Of a stretch of DNA of 64,000 nucleotides, positions 1 through 10,063 are shown piece after piece. Below the pieces are notes generated by a model. The model searched no databases and was not told where the DNA came from. It saw only the letters and a list, made by a program, of their open reading frames with translations. The translations under genes and the position numbers were made by a program. The first letter of the stretch is position 1. Each line of letters begins with the position of its first letter. The stretch comes from Candidatus Gottesmanbacteria bacterium. GTDB lineage: Bacteria; Patescibacteriota; Microgenomatia; UBA10105; UBA927. The stretch is taken from the NCBI GenBank assembly GCA_963714095.1, contig OY970230.1, forward strand, positions 532,084-596,083, in the 5' to 3' direction.

Positions 1-1
1 T

Positions 2-670
2 ACCGATCCGGAAATAAAACGGAAAACCATCGGAAAACTTTATATAGATATTTTCCAGGAACAGGCAATAAAACACAAAGACGCAGTATTTTTGGGCCAA
101 GGGACAATTTATTCCGACGTCATCGAATCCAAAGGAAGTAAACATGCCTCCCATATAAAATCCCATCACAACGTCGGAGGGCTTCCCGCATCATTACACT
201 TAAAACTTATTGAACCTCTGAGACATCTCTATAAAGACGAAGTTCGCGGGATTGGACGGCGTGCAGGGTTGCCGGAGGAAATCATTCTCACACACCCGTT
301 CCCGGGCCCCGGGTTTGCCATCCGCATCCGGGGAGAAGTCACTCAGGTGCGGTTGGCACAGGTGAAAATCGCCGACGCAATCGTTATGGAGGAAATAAAA
401 AGAGCTGGATTGTATGATAAAGTTTTTCAGTGTTTTGCCGTCATGACCGGTGCGTACTCAACTGCAGTCAAAGGCGACGGCCGGGTGTTTGCCGAAGTTG
501 TCGCCGTCCGCGCATACGAATCGCGAGATATTATGACCAGCCAGTGGGCGCGCATCCCCTACGACGTACTCGGAGTAATATCCTCGCGGATTGTGAACGA
601 AGTCCCCAATATTTCCCGAGTTGTTTTTGATATCACCACCAAACCCCCTGCAACAATGGAGTGGGAATAA
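2..670 (+). CDS. guaA: GMP synthase, C-terminal part (5'-truncated by window edge)
   Basis: Frame open from nt 2 ([11 protein letters not shown]); motifs [38 protein letters not shown]. Confidence 0.96.
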   Translation, partial: TDPEIKRKTIGKLYIDIFQEQAIKHKDAVFLGQGTIYSDVIESKGSKHASHIKSHHNVGGLPASLHLKLIEPLRHLYKDEVRGIGRRAGLPEEIILTHPFPGPGFAIRIRGEVTQVRLAQVKIADAIVMEEIKRAGLYDKVFQCFAVMTGAYSTAVKGDGRVFAEVVAVRAYESRDIMTSQWARIPYDVLGVISSRIVNEVPNISRVVFDITTKPPATMEWE

Positions 671-672
671 AA

Positions 673-2157
673 TTACTGCGGCTTATTAAGAACTACCGGT
701 TTGAGACGACTCATGGCTTCCAAAGAATACCGCACGCCCTGCGCGCCGATGCCGGAATGCTTGACGCCGAGAAACGGAAAATGATCAGGTCCGCGCTGCG
801 GCGAACCGTTTATCTGCACCGTTCCGACGTTTAACGATCTGGCAAACACAATCCCCGTCCCTTCATCTTTGGTAAACACACAGGCCTGCAAACCAAACCG
901 TGTCGCATTGATAATAGATGCTGCATCTCCCATACTTTTTATTTCAATAAACGAAACAACCGGCCCAAATACTTCATTAACGATAACCGGCATCGTCGGC
1001 GTGACATTGGTTAAGAGTGTTGGCTGAATATAGGCACTTTCGTGTGTACCACCCGTAATAATTTTTGCCCCCATATGAATAGACTCATCAATCCATCCCT
1101 GAATTTTCTGGGCAATCGCAGGAGCGATAACGGGTCCCACAAGTTTTGTTTCGGGACTCCTGGGATCTCCGACGTGAATAAGTTCTTTCATTTGGGTAAG
1201 AACAACTGGTATAAGTTCGTCCAGAACTCCGCGAGTCGCCATAACATATTTAATCGCGGTACAACGCTGTCCCGCATACGAAAACCCGCCTTTGACAATT
1301 TCTTTTGCCGTTAGATTCATGTCCGCATCAGGAAATACGACTGTCCCGTTATTCCCGCCGCATTCAAACAAGAGTGGTTTCATCGGCGCTTTTCCGGCTA
1401 TGGCGATTCCGGTATCGGAACTTCCGGTAAACGCAACAGCATCGATATGCTTATGGGAAACTAAATAATCCCCGATCTCCGACCCGCCTCCGGTCACGCA
1501 GGAAAACACATCGGGCGGAACGCCTGCTTTTTCAAAAATTCTCGCAAGATGAAGTCCGCTCACGCCTCCTTGTGTCGGCGGCTTAAACAGCACCGTATTG
1601 CCCATGAGAAGCGCCGGCACGATTTTACTGGCTGCAAGATTGACGGGGTAATTAAACGGCGCAATACAAAGGACAACGCCGTGGGCAACGCGCTCAACCA
1701 TCGCAATACTCCCCTTGTCATAACCGGGAAAATCATCGCTATTGATTGTTTCACCGTGGATTGACTGTACTTCATCGGCAAAATAATCCGTAAGCTCCGC
1801 GGTCCGTACGATTTCGCTTTTGGATTCTCCCACTGATTTCCCTATCTCGCGGACTAACAGCGTTGTAAGATATTCTTCGTAATGCCTCACCCAATCGGCA
1901 ACAAGGTGCATTATTTTCACCCGCTGATTGAGGGGTTTTGCCTCCCATGCCGGCTGGGCGACTTTTAACTTTGTCAGTATTTCATCAATTTCCGCCGTAG
2001 TTGCAGTTATCAGATTTCCGACGACACTTTGATCAATGGGAGACACAACAGGTGTCGTTTTATTACTAGCTCCCGCGACCCAGGCAGATCCGTTAAAAAA
2101 ATTATATGTCGGTGGAGTCTTGGTATCGGATAGTGGTTCAAAAAATTCTTCGGGCAT
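673..2157 (-). CDS. gapN: Non-phosphorylating NADP-dependent glyceraldehyde-3-phosphate dehydrogenase (ALDH family)
   Basis: PFNYPVNLAASKI, KPPTQG, FTGS, FSYAGQRCTA, PQRGPDHFPFLG typical of GapN. Confidence 0.88.
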   Translation of the reverse strand: MPEEFFEPLSDTKTPPTYNFFNGSAWVAGASNKTTPVVSPIDQSVVGNLITATTAEIDEILTKLKVAQPAWEAKPLNQRVKIMHLVADWVRHYEEYLTTLLVREIGKSVGESKSEIVRTAELTDYFADEVQSIHGETINSDDFPGYDKGSIAMVERVAHGVVLCIAPFNYPVNLAASKIVPALLMGNTVLFKPPTQGGVSGLHLARIFEKAGVPPDVFSCVTGGGSEIGDYLVSHKHIDAVAFTGSSDTGIAIAGKAPMKPLLFECGGNNGTVVFPDADMNLTAKEIVKGGFSYAGQRCTAIKYVMATRGVLDELIPVVLTQMKELIHVGDPRSPETKLVGPVIAPAIAQKIQGWIDESIHMGAKIITGGTHESAYIQPTLLTNVTPTMPVIVNEVFGPVVSFIEIKSMGDAASIINATRFGLQACVFTKDEGTGIVFARSLNVGTVQINGSPQRGPDHFPFLGVKHSGIGAQGVRYSLEAMSRLKPVVLNKPQ

Positions 2158-2166
2158 GTATATCCA

Positions 2167-2886
2167 TCATATCACGATCCGTTTCACCAAACACGCTGAC
2201 ATGGAGTCCGTGCTACCTGCGGCTTTGGCAGTTTCGATAAGCGAATCGACTGCGATTTGCAGGGATTCTGTGGTCGTTCCGACGTCTTCTAAAATTGCGC
2301 GCATCTCATCTTCGCTGACAAAATTTGCAATGCTATCACTGGCAATAAGAATAATATCGTTTTCCAATAATTTTTCAGAGTGCATTGAAGGAATAAGTTG
2401 TTTCCGGGAAAATCCGGCAGCTTTGGTGATCATCCCGTCACTATCGACATCACGTTTTGTAAGAATATCGATAAGCCCGTCGCGAAAAAGAAAGCTGTTG
2501 CAGTTTCCGGCCGAACCGATCCAAAAATAGTCGTCAATAACGATAAGTACTGTGATTGCCGATGCCAGCCCCGCATCAAATCCCTTGTCACGGCGTTTTT
2601 GCCAAAGCCTGAGATTTGTTGAACGGAAAATGCGTTTGAGGAATAATGGTTTTTCTCTCCAGTAAAATCGGCGCTGACGGACCATAGTGTACGCCCAGAG
2701 CGCCGTCTCCCGGGTTAATTGCTCCGCAATGCCTGCATGCGGCAAACTTGCGACGCCGTCGGCAATAATGAAGCACTCGTCTTGCGAGTGAACGAAATCC
2801 CCGCCGGCAAACAGGGTAACGCCTTTTGGCTTCGCCTGCGGGGGTTTAACAAAAAAATCATCTGGTTTCATGCGTTTGTCATTCAT
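2167..2886 (-). CDS. PP2C/PPM-family Ser/Thr phosphatase-like protein (divergent)
   Basis: SQD...IIADGV, LIASD, GSTD motifs; GDS motif appears as GNC. Confidence 0.7.
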   Translation of the reverse strand: MNDKRMKPDDFFVKPPQAKPKGVTLFAGGDFVHSQDECFIIADGVASLPHAGIAEQLTRETALWAYTMVRQRRFYWREKPLFLKRIFRSTNLRLWQKRRDKGFDAGLASAITVLIVIDDYFWIGSAGNCNSFLFRDGLIDILTKRDVDSDGMITKAAGFSRKQLIPSMHSEKLLENDIILIASDSIANFVSEDEMRAILEDVGTTTESLQIAVDSLIETAKAAGSTDSMSACLVKRIVI

Positions 2887-2926
2887 TATACAACACAAAT
2901 CTCTCTATTCTTGATATAATGAACCC

Positions 2927-5161
2927 ATGGACAATCCGGTCATTTCATGGCTAAAACAACGGGTAAAGGTCGTCCCGAAATCCCGCAAAAAATTTCCTCG
3001 GTACGCATGGGCGTTCTGGGCCCTACCTATTCTTCTTGTGGTGGCATCATATCTGTTGATTTTCAAGGACCTCCCGTCCCCGGCAAAACTGGCCCAATAC
3101 AATATCCCCATCGCGACCAAAATTTACGACCGGAACGGAAAACTTTTGTTTGACATATTTGCCGACCAAAACCGCTCACCCGTACCGCTTTCGGAAATTC
3201 CCAAATACCTGCAGGAGGCAACGATTTCCATTGAAGATAAAGACTTCTATAAACATCAGGGAATCAACTTTGTCGGAGGAATCCTCCGCGCGCTTGCGGC
3301 AGACGTGACCCACGGAGAACTCCAGGGCGGTTCTACCATAACCCAGCAACTGGTGAAGTCGGAACTGCTCTCACCGGAACGCACGGTCACACGGAAAATT
3401 AAGGAGATCATCCTCGCATTTTGGGTGGAAGCGCTGTACCCCAAAGATAAAATACTTGAAATGTATTTAAACCAGGTTCCCTACGGCGGTACAGCCTGGG
3501 GCGTACAGTCAGCTGCCGAACAGTATTTCGGCAAAAATGTTGATGAGTTGACGCTTGCCGAATGCGCACTTCTTGCCGGACTTCCGCAGGCGCCGACATC
3601 TTACTCTCCGTTCGGAGCACATCCCGAACTGGCAATAACGAGACAAAAAGAGGTCCTCACGCGCATGGTGGAAGACAAGTATATTACCCAACAACAGGCA
3701 GACGCGGCGGCGGCCCAGCCTCTTGTGTATAAAAACGAAACCGGCATCAAGGCCCCGCATTTTGTCATGTACGTAAAAGAACAGTTGGTTGACAAATACG
3801 GGGAAGCGATGGTGGCAAAAGGAGGGTTAAAAGTCACAACCACACTGGATCTGGACCTTCAGGAGTATGCCGAGGCAACGGTTGCCGCAGAGGTTGCGAA
3901 ATTAAAAAACTATCAGGTTTCAAACGGAGCTGCACTCATTACAAAACCCGCAACCGGCGAAATACTTGCGATGGTCGGTTCTGCCGACTATTTTGCGTCA
4001 CCGTCGGGTAACTTTAATGTCGTTACCGCACTTCGCCAACCGGGGTCCAGCATTAAACCCATCAACTATGCAATCGGTTTGGAAAAGCATATTGTAACGC
4101 CGGCAACGATGTTTATTGACGAACCGACCTGCTTCGGCAACAGTATCGGACAACCTCTCTACTGCCCCGTCAATTATGACGGAAAATTCCACGGTCCGGT
4201 ACAGCTGCGTATGGCCCTGGGCAACTCATTTAATATTCCCGCAGTCAAAATGCTCTATATGAATACCGTTCAGGATATGGTGGCATCCGCCAGCGCTTTT
4301 GGTCTCACGACACTCACGGACCCGACACGGTACGGACTCTCTCTTACCCTGGGCGGCGGCGAGGTTCACATGACCGATATGGCAACGGCATTCGGGGTAT
4401 TTGCCAACGGTGGCATCCTGCATGATCTCGTATCTATTCTTAAAGTCGTGGATAAAAACGGCAACACGCTGGAAGAATACAAAGATTCCAATTTAAATAA
4501 AGACATTCCGTCACAACTTCTTATGAGCGGACCGCGTGTTATTTCACAGGAGACGGCATTCCTCATCTCCCATATACTTCTGGATAATAATGCGCGCCAG
4601 CAGGAATTCGGTCCCGACTCAGAGCTCTATATCCCCAACCGCGCCGTATCGGTAAAAACCGGAACCACGAACGATCTTCGGGACAACTGGACCATCGGGT
4701 TTACGCCGCTGGTACTTGTCGCCACCTGGGTGGGTAACAACGATAACACACCGATGAATCCGTATCTTGTATCAGGCATCACCGGCGCCGCTCCCATCTG
4801 GCATGACCTTATGGTGCGGGCCATGCAGGGAGAACCGGATATTTGGCCCAAACAGCCCGACGGCATAGTCGGGGCGCAGATTTGCGCAATAAGCGGTCTG
4901 TTGCCTCCCAATCCGGATCCCAACGCCGGTGATAAAGGGTGCCAAACGCGGTTTGAATATTTTATTAAAGGTACGGTTCCCACCGAACGCGAACAGCTTT
5001 CACAGCAGGTACTTATCGATAAAACGACCGGAGACTTAGCCGCTCCGGGTCAAACGGATAATGTGGAAATGCAGACACATCAGGTAGTACATGATCCTGT
5101 TTCTGCATGGTGCCTGGACTGCCCACACCCCGCCGGCGAACCGCCGACACTTCTTAAGTAA
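2927..5161 (+). CDS. Class A penicillin-binding protein (PBP1A family, transglycosylase/transpeptidase)
   Basis: EDKDFYKH, GGSTITQQLVK, RKIKE, RQPGSSIKP (SxxK), SFN, KTGT; N-terminal TM. Confidence 0.95.
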   Translation: MDNPVISWLKQRVKVVPKSRKKFPRYAWAFWALPILLVVASYLLIFKDLPSPAKLAQYNIPIATKIYDRNGKLLFDIFADQNRSPVPLSEIPKYLQEATISIEDKDFYKHQGINFVGGILRALAADVTHGELQGGSTITQQLVKSELLSPERTVTRKIKEIILAFWVEALYPKDKILEMYLNQVPYGGTAWGVQSAAEQYFGKNVDELTLAECALLAGLPQAPTSYSPFGAHPELAITRQKEVLTRMVEDKYITQQQADAAAAQPLVYKNETGIKAPHFVMYVKEQLVDKYGEAMVAKGGLKVTTTLDLDLQEYAEATVAAEVAKLKNYQVSNGAALITKPATGEILAMVGSADYFASPSGNFNVVTALRQPGSSIKPINYAIGLEKHIVTPATMFIDEPTCFGNSIGQPLYCPVNYDGKFHGPVQLRMALGNSFNIPAVKMLYMNTVQDMVASASAFGLTTLTDPTRYGLSLTLGGGEVHMTDMATAFGVFANGGILHDLVSILKVVDKNGNTLEEYKDSNLNKDIPSQLLMSGPRVISQETAFLISHILLDNNARQQEFGPDSELYIPNRAVSVKTGTTNDLRDNWTIGFTPLVLVATWVGNNDNTPMNPYLVSGITGAAPIWHDLMVRAMQGEPDIWPKQPDGIVGAQICAISGLLPPNPDPNAGDKGCQTRFEYFIKGTVPTEREQLSQQVLIDKTTGDLAAPGQTDNVEMQTHQVVHDPVSAWCLDCPHPAGEPPTLLK

Positions 5162-5211
5162 TTTCTTTCCCCTTGTCTGACGGCTGGCATTTGTGGTATA
5201 ACTCACCCACT

Positions 5212-7557
5212 ATGGCGCGCCAGAAAGAGCTAAACATAAATACCCCACTGAGGGAGGTTACATTTATCGGACTTTTGCTGTTTATTCCCCGCGTGTTGAT
5301 CGCGATCGGCGACGCAGTACGATTCATTGCTTCTCTCGTATTTCATATTCTTGCAACAACAATAATCACCATCGGCATTGTCATCCGACAGTCGCTTCGG
5401 GCGCTCAAGCCGCCGAAAAAGAAAAAAACAGTAAAGCTCCCGATTATAAAACTCCCGACAATTGTGCTGCCAAAAATACATTTCCCAAAGATTGTATTTC
5501 CGAAACTCCATTTCCCTAAATTACCGAAATTCAAAAAACGGTGGACGAAGCTTCCACCTCCGCCTGTCGTCATCAGGGTATGGCCGACCAAAATGGAACG
5601 TATCAAATCCTTTATCGCCGGCGCATGCGTAACCGTGTTGTTTTTTATTCTTCCGTACAATACCTACCAGTGGCTGAAAGCCCTCCCGAACCCGCAGCTC
5701 CTGACCCGACGCGACCTTGAGGTAACCACAAAAATTTTCGACCGCAACGGGGTACTCTTATACGAGATTTATAACGACCAAAACCGTACACCCCTGTCGC
5801 TTTCTCAAATTCCAAAACTCATGCAGGAAGCAACGATTTCAATAGAAGATAAAGACTTCTATAAACATCCGGGTTTTTCCGTCACCGGTATTATCCGGGC
5901 AACACGGGAAACACTACTGGATAACCAGGTGCAGGGAGGCTCTACTATTACGCAACAACTGATTAAATCTGCGTTACTATCACCAGAAATTAGCATCACC
6001 AGAAAGGTGAAAGAAATCATTCTTGCGTTTTGGGCGGAGCGGATTTATTCCAAAAACCAGATTCTAGAAATGTACTTAAACCAGGTCCCCTACGGCGGCA
6101 CCGCTTGGGGGGTAGAGGCAGCCGCTCAGACATATTTCGGCACATCTGTAACAAAACTCAATTTGGCACAAATTGCCATTCTTGCGGGGCTTCCGGCTGC
6201 TCCAACGGAATATTCACCGTTTGGCAGCCACCCGGAAAAAGCATTCGAACGCCAGAAAGAGGTACTCCGAAGAATGACAGAGGATCACTATATCACGCCA
6301 CAGCAGGAACAAGAGGCGCTCGCGACGCCCATTCAGTTTACAACCCCCCGAGTACCGCTTTTGGCACCACATTTTGTCATGTACGTGAAGGATTTACTCG
6401 AAGAACAGTACGGGCCACGCCTTGTTGAACAAGGGGGCTTACGTATCACCACGTCGCTGGACATTACGATGCAGGAAAAAGCGGAAGCTATTGTGAAAAC
6501 TCAGGTAGATTCGCTTACAAGCCTGTCGGTGGGAAACGGCGCGGCACTGGTCACCAATCCGAAAACCGGTGAAATACTAGCCATGGTCGGCAGTAAAAAT
6601 TACTTTGACGTTGCCAATGACGGCAACGTTAACGTAACGACTTCACTTCGCCAACCCGGGTCAAGCATTAAAGTGGTCAACTACGCAGCGGCACTGGAAA
6701 ACGGATTCACCGCGGCAAGCATTCTTGACGATTCTCCCGTTGTCTACCAACTACCCGGCAGCACGCCGTATGCACCAGTCAACTACGACGGAAAATTCCA
6801 CGGCCTCGTGCCTCTCCGGTATGCACTTGGGAATTCCTATAACGTTCCGGCCGTCAAAACGCTGGCCAAAATTGGTGTCGCGACGATGGTTGAGAAGGGG
6901 CGCGCGATGGGTATTACCTCCTGGACGGATCCGAGCCGGTTCGGACTCTCGCTCACTTTGGGGGGCGGAGACGTCACAATGATGGATATGGCGCGGGTAT
7001 TCGGAACACTCGCCAACGGCGGCCAGGAAATAGAACTCCAGCCGATTTTGGAAGTCACCGACTATACCGGGCATGTATTGGAAAAAAATACGCCGAAACA
7101 AGGCGCGCAGGCTGTTAAACCGGGAGTTGCATGGATTATGAGTAATATTTTGAGTGACAACACGGCACGCATGTCGGCATTCGGTCCCAACTCAAGCCTG
7201 GTCATTCCCGGAAAAACAGTTTCAGTGAAAACCGGAACGACTGACAGTAAACGCGATAATTGGACCATCGGGTACACGCCGTCACTCCTCACCGCAGTCT
7301 GGGTGGGAAACAATAACAATGCCCCGATGGATCCCCTCCTCACGTCGGGGATTACGGGAGCCGCGCCAATCTGGCATGACATCATGACGGAATTTTTGAA
7401 AGACAAACCCGATGAAGTGCCGCCAAAACCGGACGATGTGATTTCCATTCCCTGCTACTTTAACCGACCCGAATATTTCATCAAAGGAACCGAACCCATG
7501 AATGGTTCGTGTGCACCGATCCCAACACCAACGCCGAGCCCTAGTCCAACACCGTGA
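5212..7557 (+). CDS. Class A penicillin-binding protein (PBP1A family), tandem paralog with extended N-terminus
   Basis: EDKDFYKH, GGSTITQQLIK, RQPGSSIK, SYN, KTGT; start MARQKE chosen. Confidence 0.95.
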   Translation: MARQKELNINTPLREVTFIGLLLFIPRVLIAIGDAVRFIASLVFHILATTIITIGIVIRQSLRALKPPKKKKTVKLPIIKLPTIVLPKIHFPKIVFPKLHFPKLPKFKKRWTKLPPPPVVIRVWPTKMERIKSFIAGACVTVLFFILPYNTYQWLKALPNPQLLTRRDLEVTTKIFDRNGVLLYEIYNDQNRTPLSLSQIPKLMQEATISIEDKDFYKHPGFSVTGIIRATRETLLDNQVQGGSTITQQLIKSALLSPEISITRKVKEIILAFWAERIYSKNQILEMYLNQVPYGGTAWGVEAAAQTYFGTSVTKLNLAQIAILAGLPAAPTEYSPFGSHPEKAFERQKEVLRRMTEDHYITPQQEQEALATPIQFTTPRVPLLAPHFVMYVKDLLEEQYGPRLVEQGGLRITTSLDITMQEKAEAIVKTQVDSLTSLSVGNGAALVTNPKTGEILAMVGSKNYFDVANDGNVNVTTSLRQPGSSIKVVNYAAALENGFTAASILDDSPVVYQLPGSTPYAPVNYDGKFHGLVPLRYALGNSYNVPAVKTLAKIGVATMVEKGRAMGITSWTDPSRFGLSLTLGGGDVTMMDMARVFGTLANGGQEIELQPILEVTDYTGHVLEKNTPKQGAQAVKPGVAWIMSNILSDNTARMSAFGPNSSLVIPGKTVSVKTGTTDSKRDNWTIGYTPSLLTAVWVGNNNNAPMDPLLTSGITGAAPIWHDIMTEFLKDKPDEVPPKPDDVISIPCYFNRPEYFIKGTEPMNGSCAPIPTPTPSPSPTP

Positions 7558-7566
7558 CCAGCGGTA

Positions 7567-8016
7567 TTATTTTATAACTACGACTTTCCCCTTAACTGCA
7601 GGATTCAAGTGGTTGTCATAAATCCAAGTCCCGACTTTCACAAACGTATATTCATACGTCCCGCCACTGGTGACACTCGTATCCTCATTAAATACGGACG
7701 ATTCTACCCACATCGGACTGCTGCCTTCATTTACAAACGTTACCGTAGCTCCTGCCTTCACCGTTACAGGACTCGGGGAAAATCCTTTATCCGTAAACGT
7801 CACAATAGTGCGTGCGGCAACACCGCCTTTTTCCAGACCATTCCCTGAAACACCTGAAGCCGCCCCGGCCGCTCCTAAGTGAGAACCTGAGGGTGTCGGT
7901 GTTGCCTGTATGGTTTGATTGACGGATACCGGCAGGATTTTCCCTTTGAAATAAACCCAACCGATCAGCGCTCCCGCTGCAAGTACCACTAAACCAATAA
8001 ATACTTTATTATTCAT
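7567..8016 (-). CDS. Membrane-anchored cupredoxin-fold (plastocyanin/azurin-like) protein
   Basis: N-terminal TM; FSPSPVTVKAGATVTFVN ... YEYTF..GTW.Y.NH...KGKVVV. Confidence 0.75.
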   Translation of the reverse strand: MNNKVFIGLVVLAAGALIGWVYFKGKILPVSVNQTIQATPTPSGSHLGAAGAASGVSGNGLEKGGVAARTIVTFTDKGFSPSPVTVKAGATVTFVNEGSSPMWVESSVFNEDTSVTSGGTYEYTFVKVGTWIYDNHLNPAVKGKVVVIK

Positions 8017-8029
8017 GTTTCACCTCCCC

Positions 8030-8500
8030 TCACGTATATCTATCTGCTACTTTACTGGCCGCGTAACTTTCCGGTTTAATTTTCACCCGATATCCCGATC
8101 CGCGGATCATGCCGACAATTTCATTAATCATATCATGCGTATCGCCGAATTTGCCGATATCCACATGGATTTCCACATCATATTTTGTGATACCGTCGCG
8201 GCAAAGAAGCGCCAATACCGTTTCCGCCATCTCCAGAGACATGGTCGCCTCCTCATACATCCGATCACGAAGTACATATTTCCGTTTATTCACGATCCGT
8301 TTCCAAAAATAGATACCGCCGATCCCCACACGATGAATGACAATTGCCGTAACAAAATCCACGCCTGACCCGTTATGCGGCTGGGAATCCGTCCCGACAA
8401 CAAGCTCATATGTCCTTTTGGGATCTTTTGAGAGAAACTCAAGAATTTTTTCCCTGACTTGGGTCAGCTCAAGCTCCCCGAATGTAGGGCTTTGGAACAT
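8030..8500 (-). CDS. RNase H-like YkuK/DUF458 family protein
   Basis: VGTDSQ, FVTAIVIHRVGIGG, EIHVDIG, IKPESYAASKVAD. Confidence 0.85.
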   Translation of the reverse strand: MFQSPTFGELELTQVREKILEFLSKDPKRTYELVVGTDSQPHNGSGVDFVTAIVIHRVGIGGIYFWKRIVNKRKYVLRDRMYEEATMSLEMAETVLALLCRDGITKYDVEIHVDIGKFGDTHDMINEIVGMIRGSGYRVKIKPESYAASKVADRYT

Positions 8501-8515
8501 AAGGATGCTATTATA

Positions 8516-8545
8516 CCAAAAACCCCGCTTTCGCGGGATTTTTGG
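8516..8545 (-). terminator. Intrinsic terminator downstream of the RRM gene (possibly bidirectional)
   Basis: CCAAAAACCCCGC-TTTC-GCGGGATTTTTGG hairpin flanked by A/T runs. Confidence 0.7.
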
Positions 8546-8567
8546 TAATAATTGTAATTTCTTACGA

Positions 8568-8834
8568 TTACTGTTGCGGTCGCTCTTCGCGGGGACGTGC
8601 TTCGTTTACGACCAAAGCCCGGCCTTCGATATCTTTGCCATTGAACATTTCAATAGCTTTCTTCGATTCCTCTTCGGATGCCATTTCGACAAATCCAAAG
8701 CCTCGTGATCGTCCTGAATATTTATCAGAGATCACTTTCGCGCTGGTGACTGTTCCTGCTGCAGCAAAAAGCTGTGACAGTTTGTCATTATCCATCGCAT
8801 AGGGAAGATTCCCTACAAACAAATTAGTTGCCAT
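8568..8834 (-). CDS. RRM (RNP-1) RNA-binding protein
   Basis: RNP2 LFVGNL, RNP1 RGFGFVEM, LVVNEARPRE; SD AAGGAG upstream. Confidence 0.95.
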   Translation of the reverse strand: MATNLFVGNLPYAMDNDKLSQLFAAAGTVTSAKVISDKYSGRSRGFGFVEMASEEESKKAIEMFNGKDIEGRALVVNEARPREERPQQ

Positions 8835-8969
8835 ATGGGACTCCTTTCTCCTTAGGACTTAAAGGTGAGATATCTCGCCTAAAGAGAAAGTCAAGAGGTT
8901 TAATTCTCACTTTCACAGGACGGTTCCACACTTCTTTCCTAGGTCATGGATAGTATACCACATTGAGGG

Positions 8970-9557
8970 CTATTGGACAACTTCTTCCTCGTCCACCGAG
9001 TCGGAACCGGCAGAGGTATTGGCGGGCGCGCTGGTATCGGGCGTAAACGCAAAACTTTTAACAATGCCGTCCTCTACCATCTGCCAATAGGGTTTATCTG
9101 TGAGAGTGCCTTCAATTTTAAATACCAATCCTTCGCTTACCGCGCCGACGATAAGTTTCGCGCTCGGTGTACTTATCATAATTTTTGTTGCCGCCACACC
9201 ACCCAGCGTCGTATCAATACTCGTTCCACCCTTTGGCGGCCAGGCGGAAGACACGTCGCTTGCCCACACAATAATACTTCCGGAATGCGTCGCGCTTGTA
9301 AGTTCCACATGCGCATAATTTGCATTATCATCTTCATGAGGATTAACGGACAAATCTTTGGGATATTGGAATGAAAATCCTGCAGGGTCATTCCATGTCG
9401 TCATTTCGACCACGGGAGTCGATATCGGCTTTGGAGTCATTGCTTCACCTGGCGGGATTGCTTTTGAATTTTTTTGAGAATAGAAAAATATGCCCGATGA
9501 CGCGACCCCCACAACAACAATAATTCCCGTCACGATCCATAATTTCTTCATGCGCAT
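8970..9557 (-). CDS. Membrane-anchored hypothetical protein (PsbP-like fold possible)
   Basis: N-terminal TM, GFSFQYPKD motif. Confidence 0.65.
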   Translation of the reverse strand: MRMKKLWIVTGIIVVVGVASSGIFFYSQKNSKAIPPGEAMTPKPISTPVVEMTTWNDPAGFSFQYPKDLSVNPHEDDNANYAHVELTSATHSGSIIVWASDVSSAWPPKGGTSIDTTLGGVAATKIMISTPSAKLIVGAVSEGLVFKIEGTLTDKPYWQMVEDGIVKSFAFTPDTSAPANTSAGSDSVDEEEVVQ

Positions 9558-9653
9558 AGTATATCATGGTATACTAATGGCACGTTCATGCATATCTTCA
9601 TAGATATGAATGATTACGGTCATTTGTGTCGCATGTTAATGCGACCTATCGCC

Positions 9654-10058
9654 ATGAAACGGATTGCACTATTTTTCATTCTAATTTTTCTTGTTTTGAT
9701 ATCTGCAACAAATCATCCGGTATTTGCCCTCAAAAAACGCATCCGCGCCGCGCGTGCTGTCTATTCTTCCGCCAGGCTGTCACGGGATACCCACAGTATT
9801 GTCGCAACTTTTTACACGCTTGCCGGCGTTGCAAAGTTTGATTATGTCTTGAGTTACTCAGCAAACGGTATCCCGCAGGGTGTGGTCGGATCATTTGCGC
9901 CAAGCGGCACCAACGATTCGCGGGATCTGTATTTCGGCACCTGCAGTAAAGGCGTCTGTACACCACATTACGGCATTACCGATGCGTCCCTTACTGTCAC
10001 AGCAACGATGACCAGTGGCGCAACATACATCAAACGGTATATCATTAAAAATATCTAA
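9654..10058 (+). CDS. Secreted hypothetical protein
   Basis: Signal peptide MKRIAL...; FGTCSKGVCTPH Cys pair. Confidence 0.7.
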   Translation: MKRIALFFILIFLVLISATNHPVFALKKRIRAARAVYSSARLSRDTHSIVATFYTLAGVAKFDYVLSYSANGIPQGVVGSFAPSGTNDSRDLYFGTCSKGVCTPHYGITDASLTVTATMTSGATYIKRYIIKNI

Positions 10059-10063
10059 TACCC

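Noticed and set aside
2927-7557. Shared DNA blocks between the two PBP genes as a DGR template/variable pair
   Set aside because: Matches sit at conserved catalytic motifs of paralogs; no reverse transcriptase or adenine-specific pattern seen
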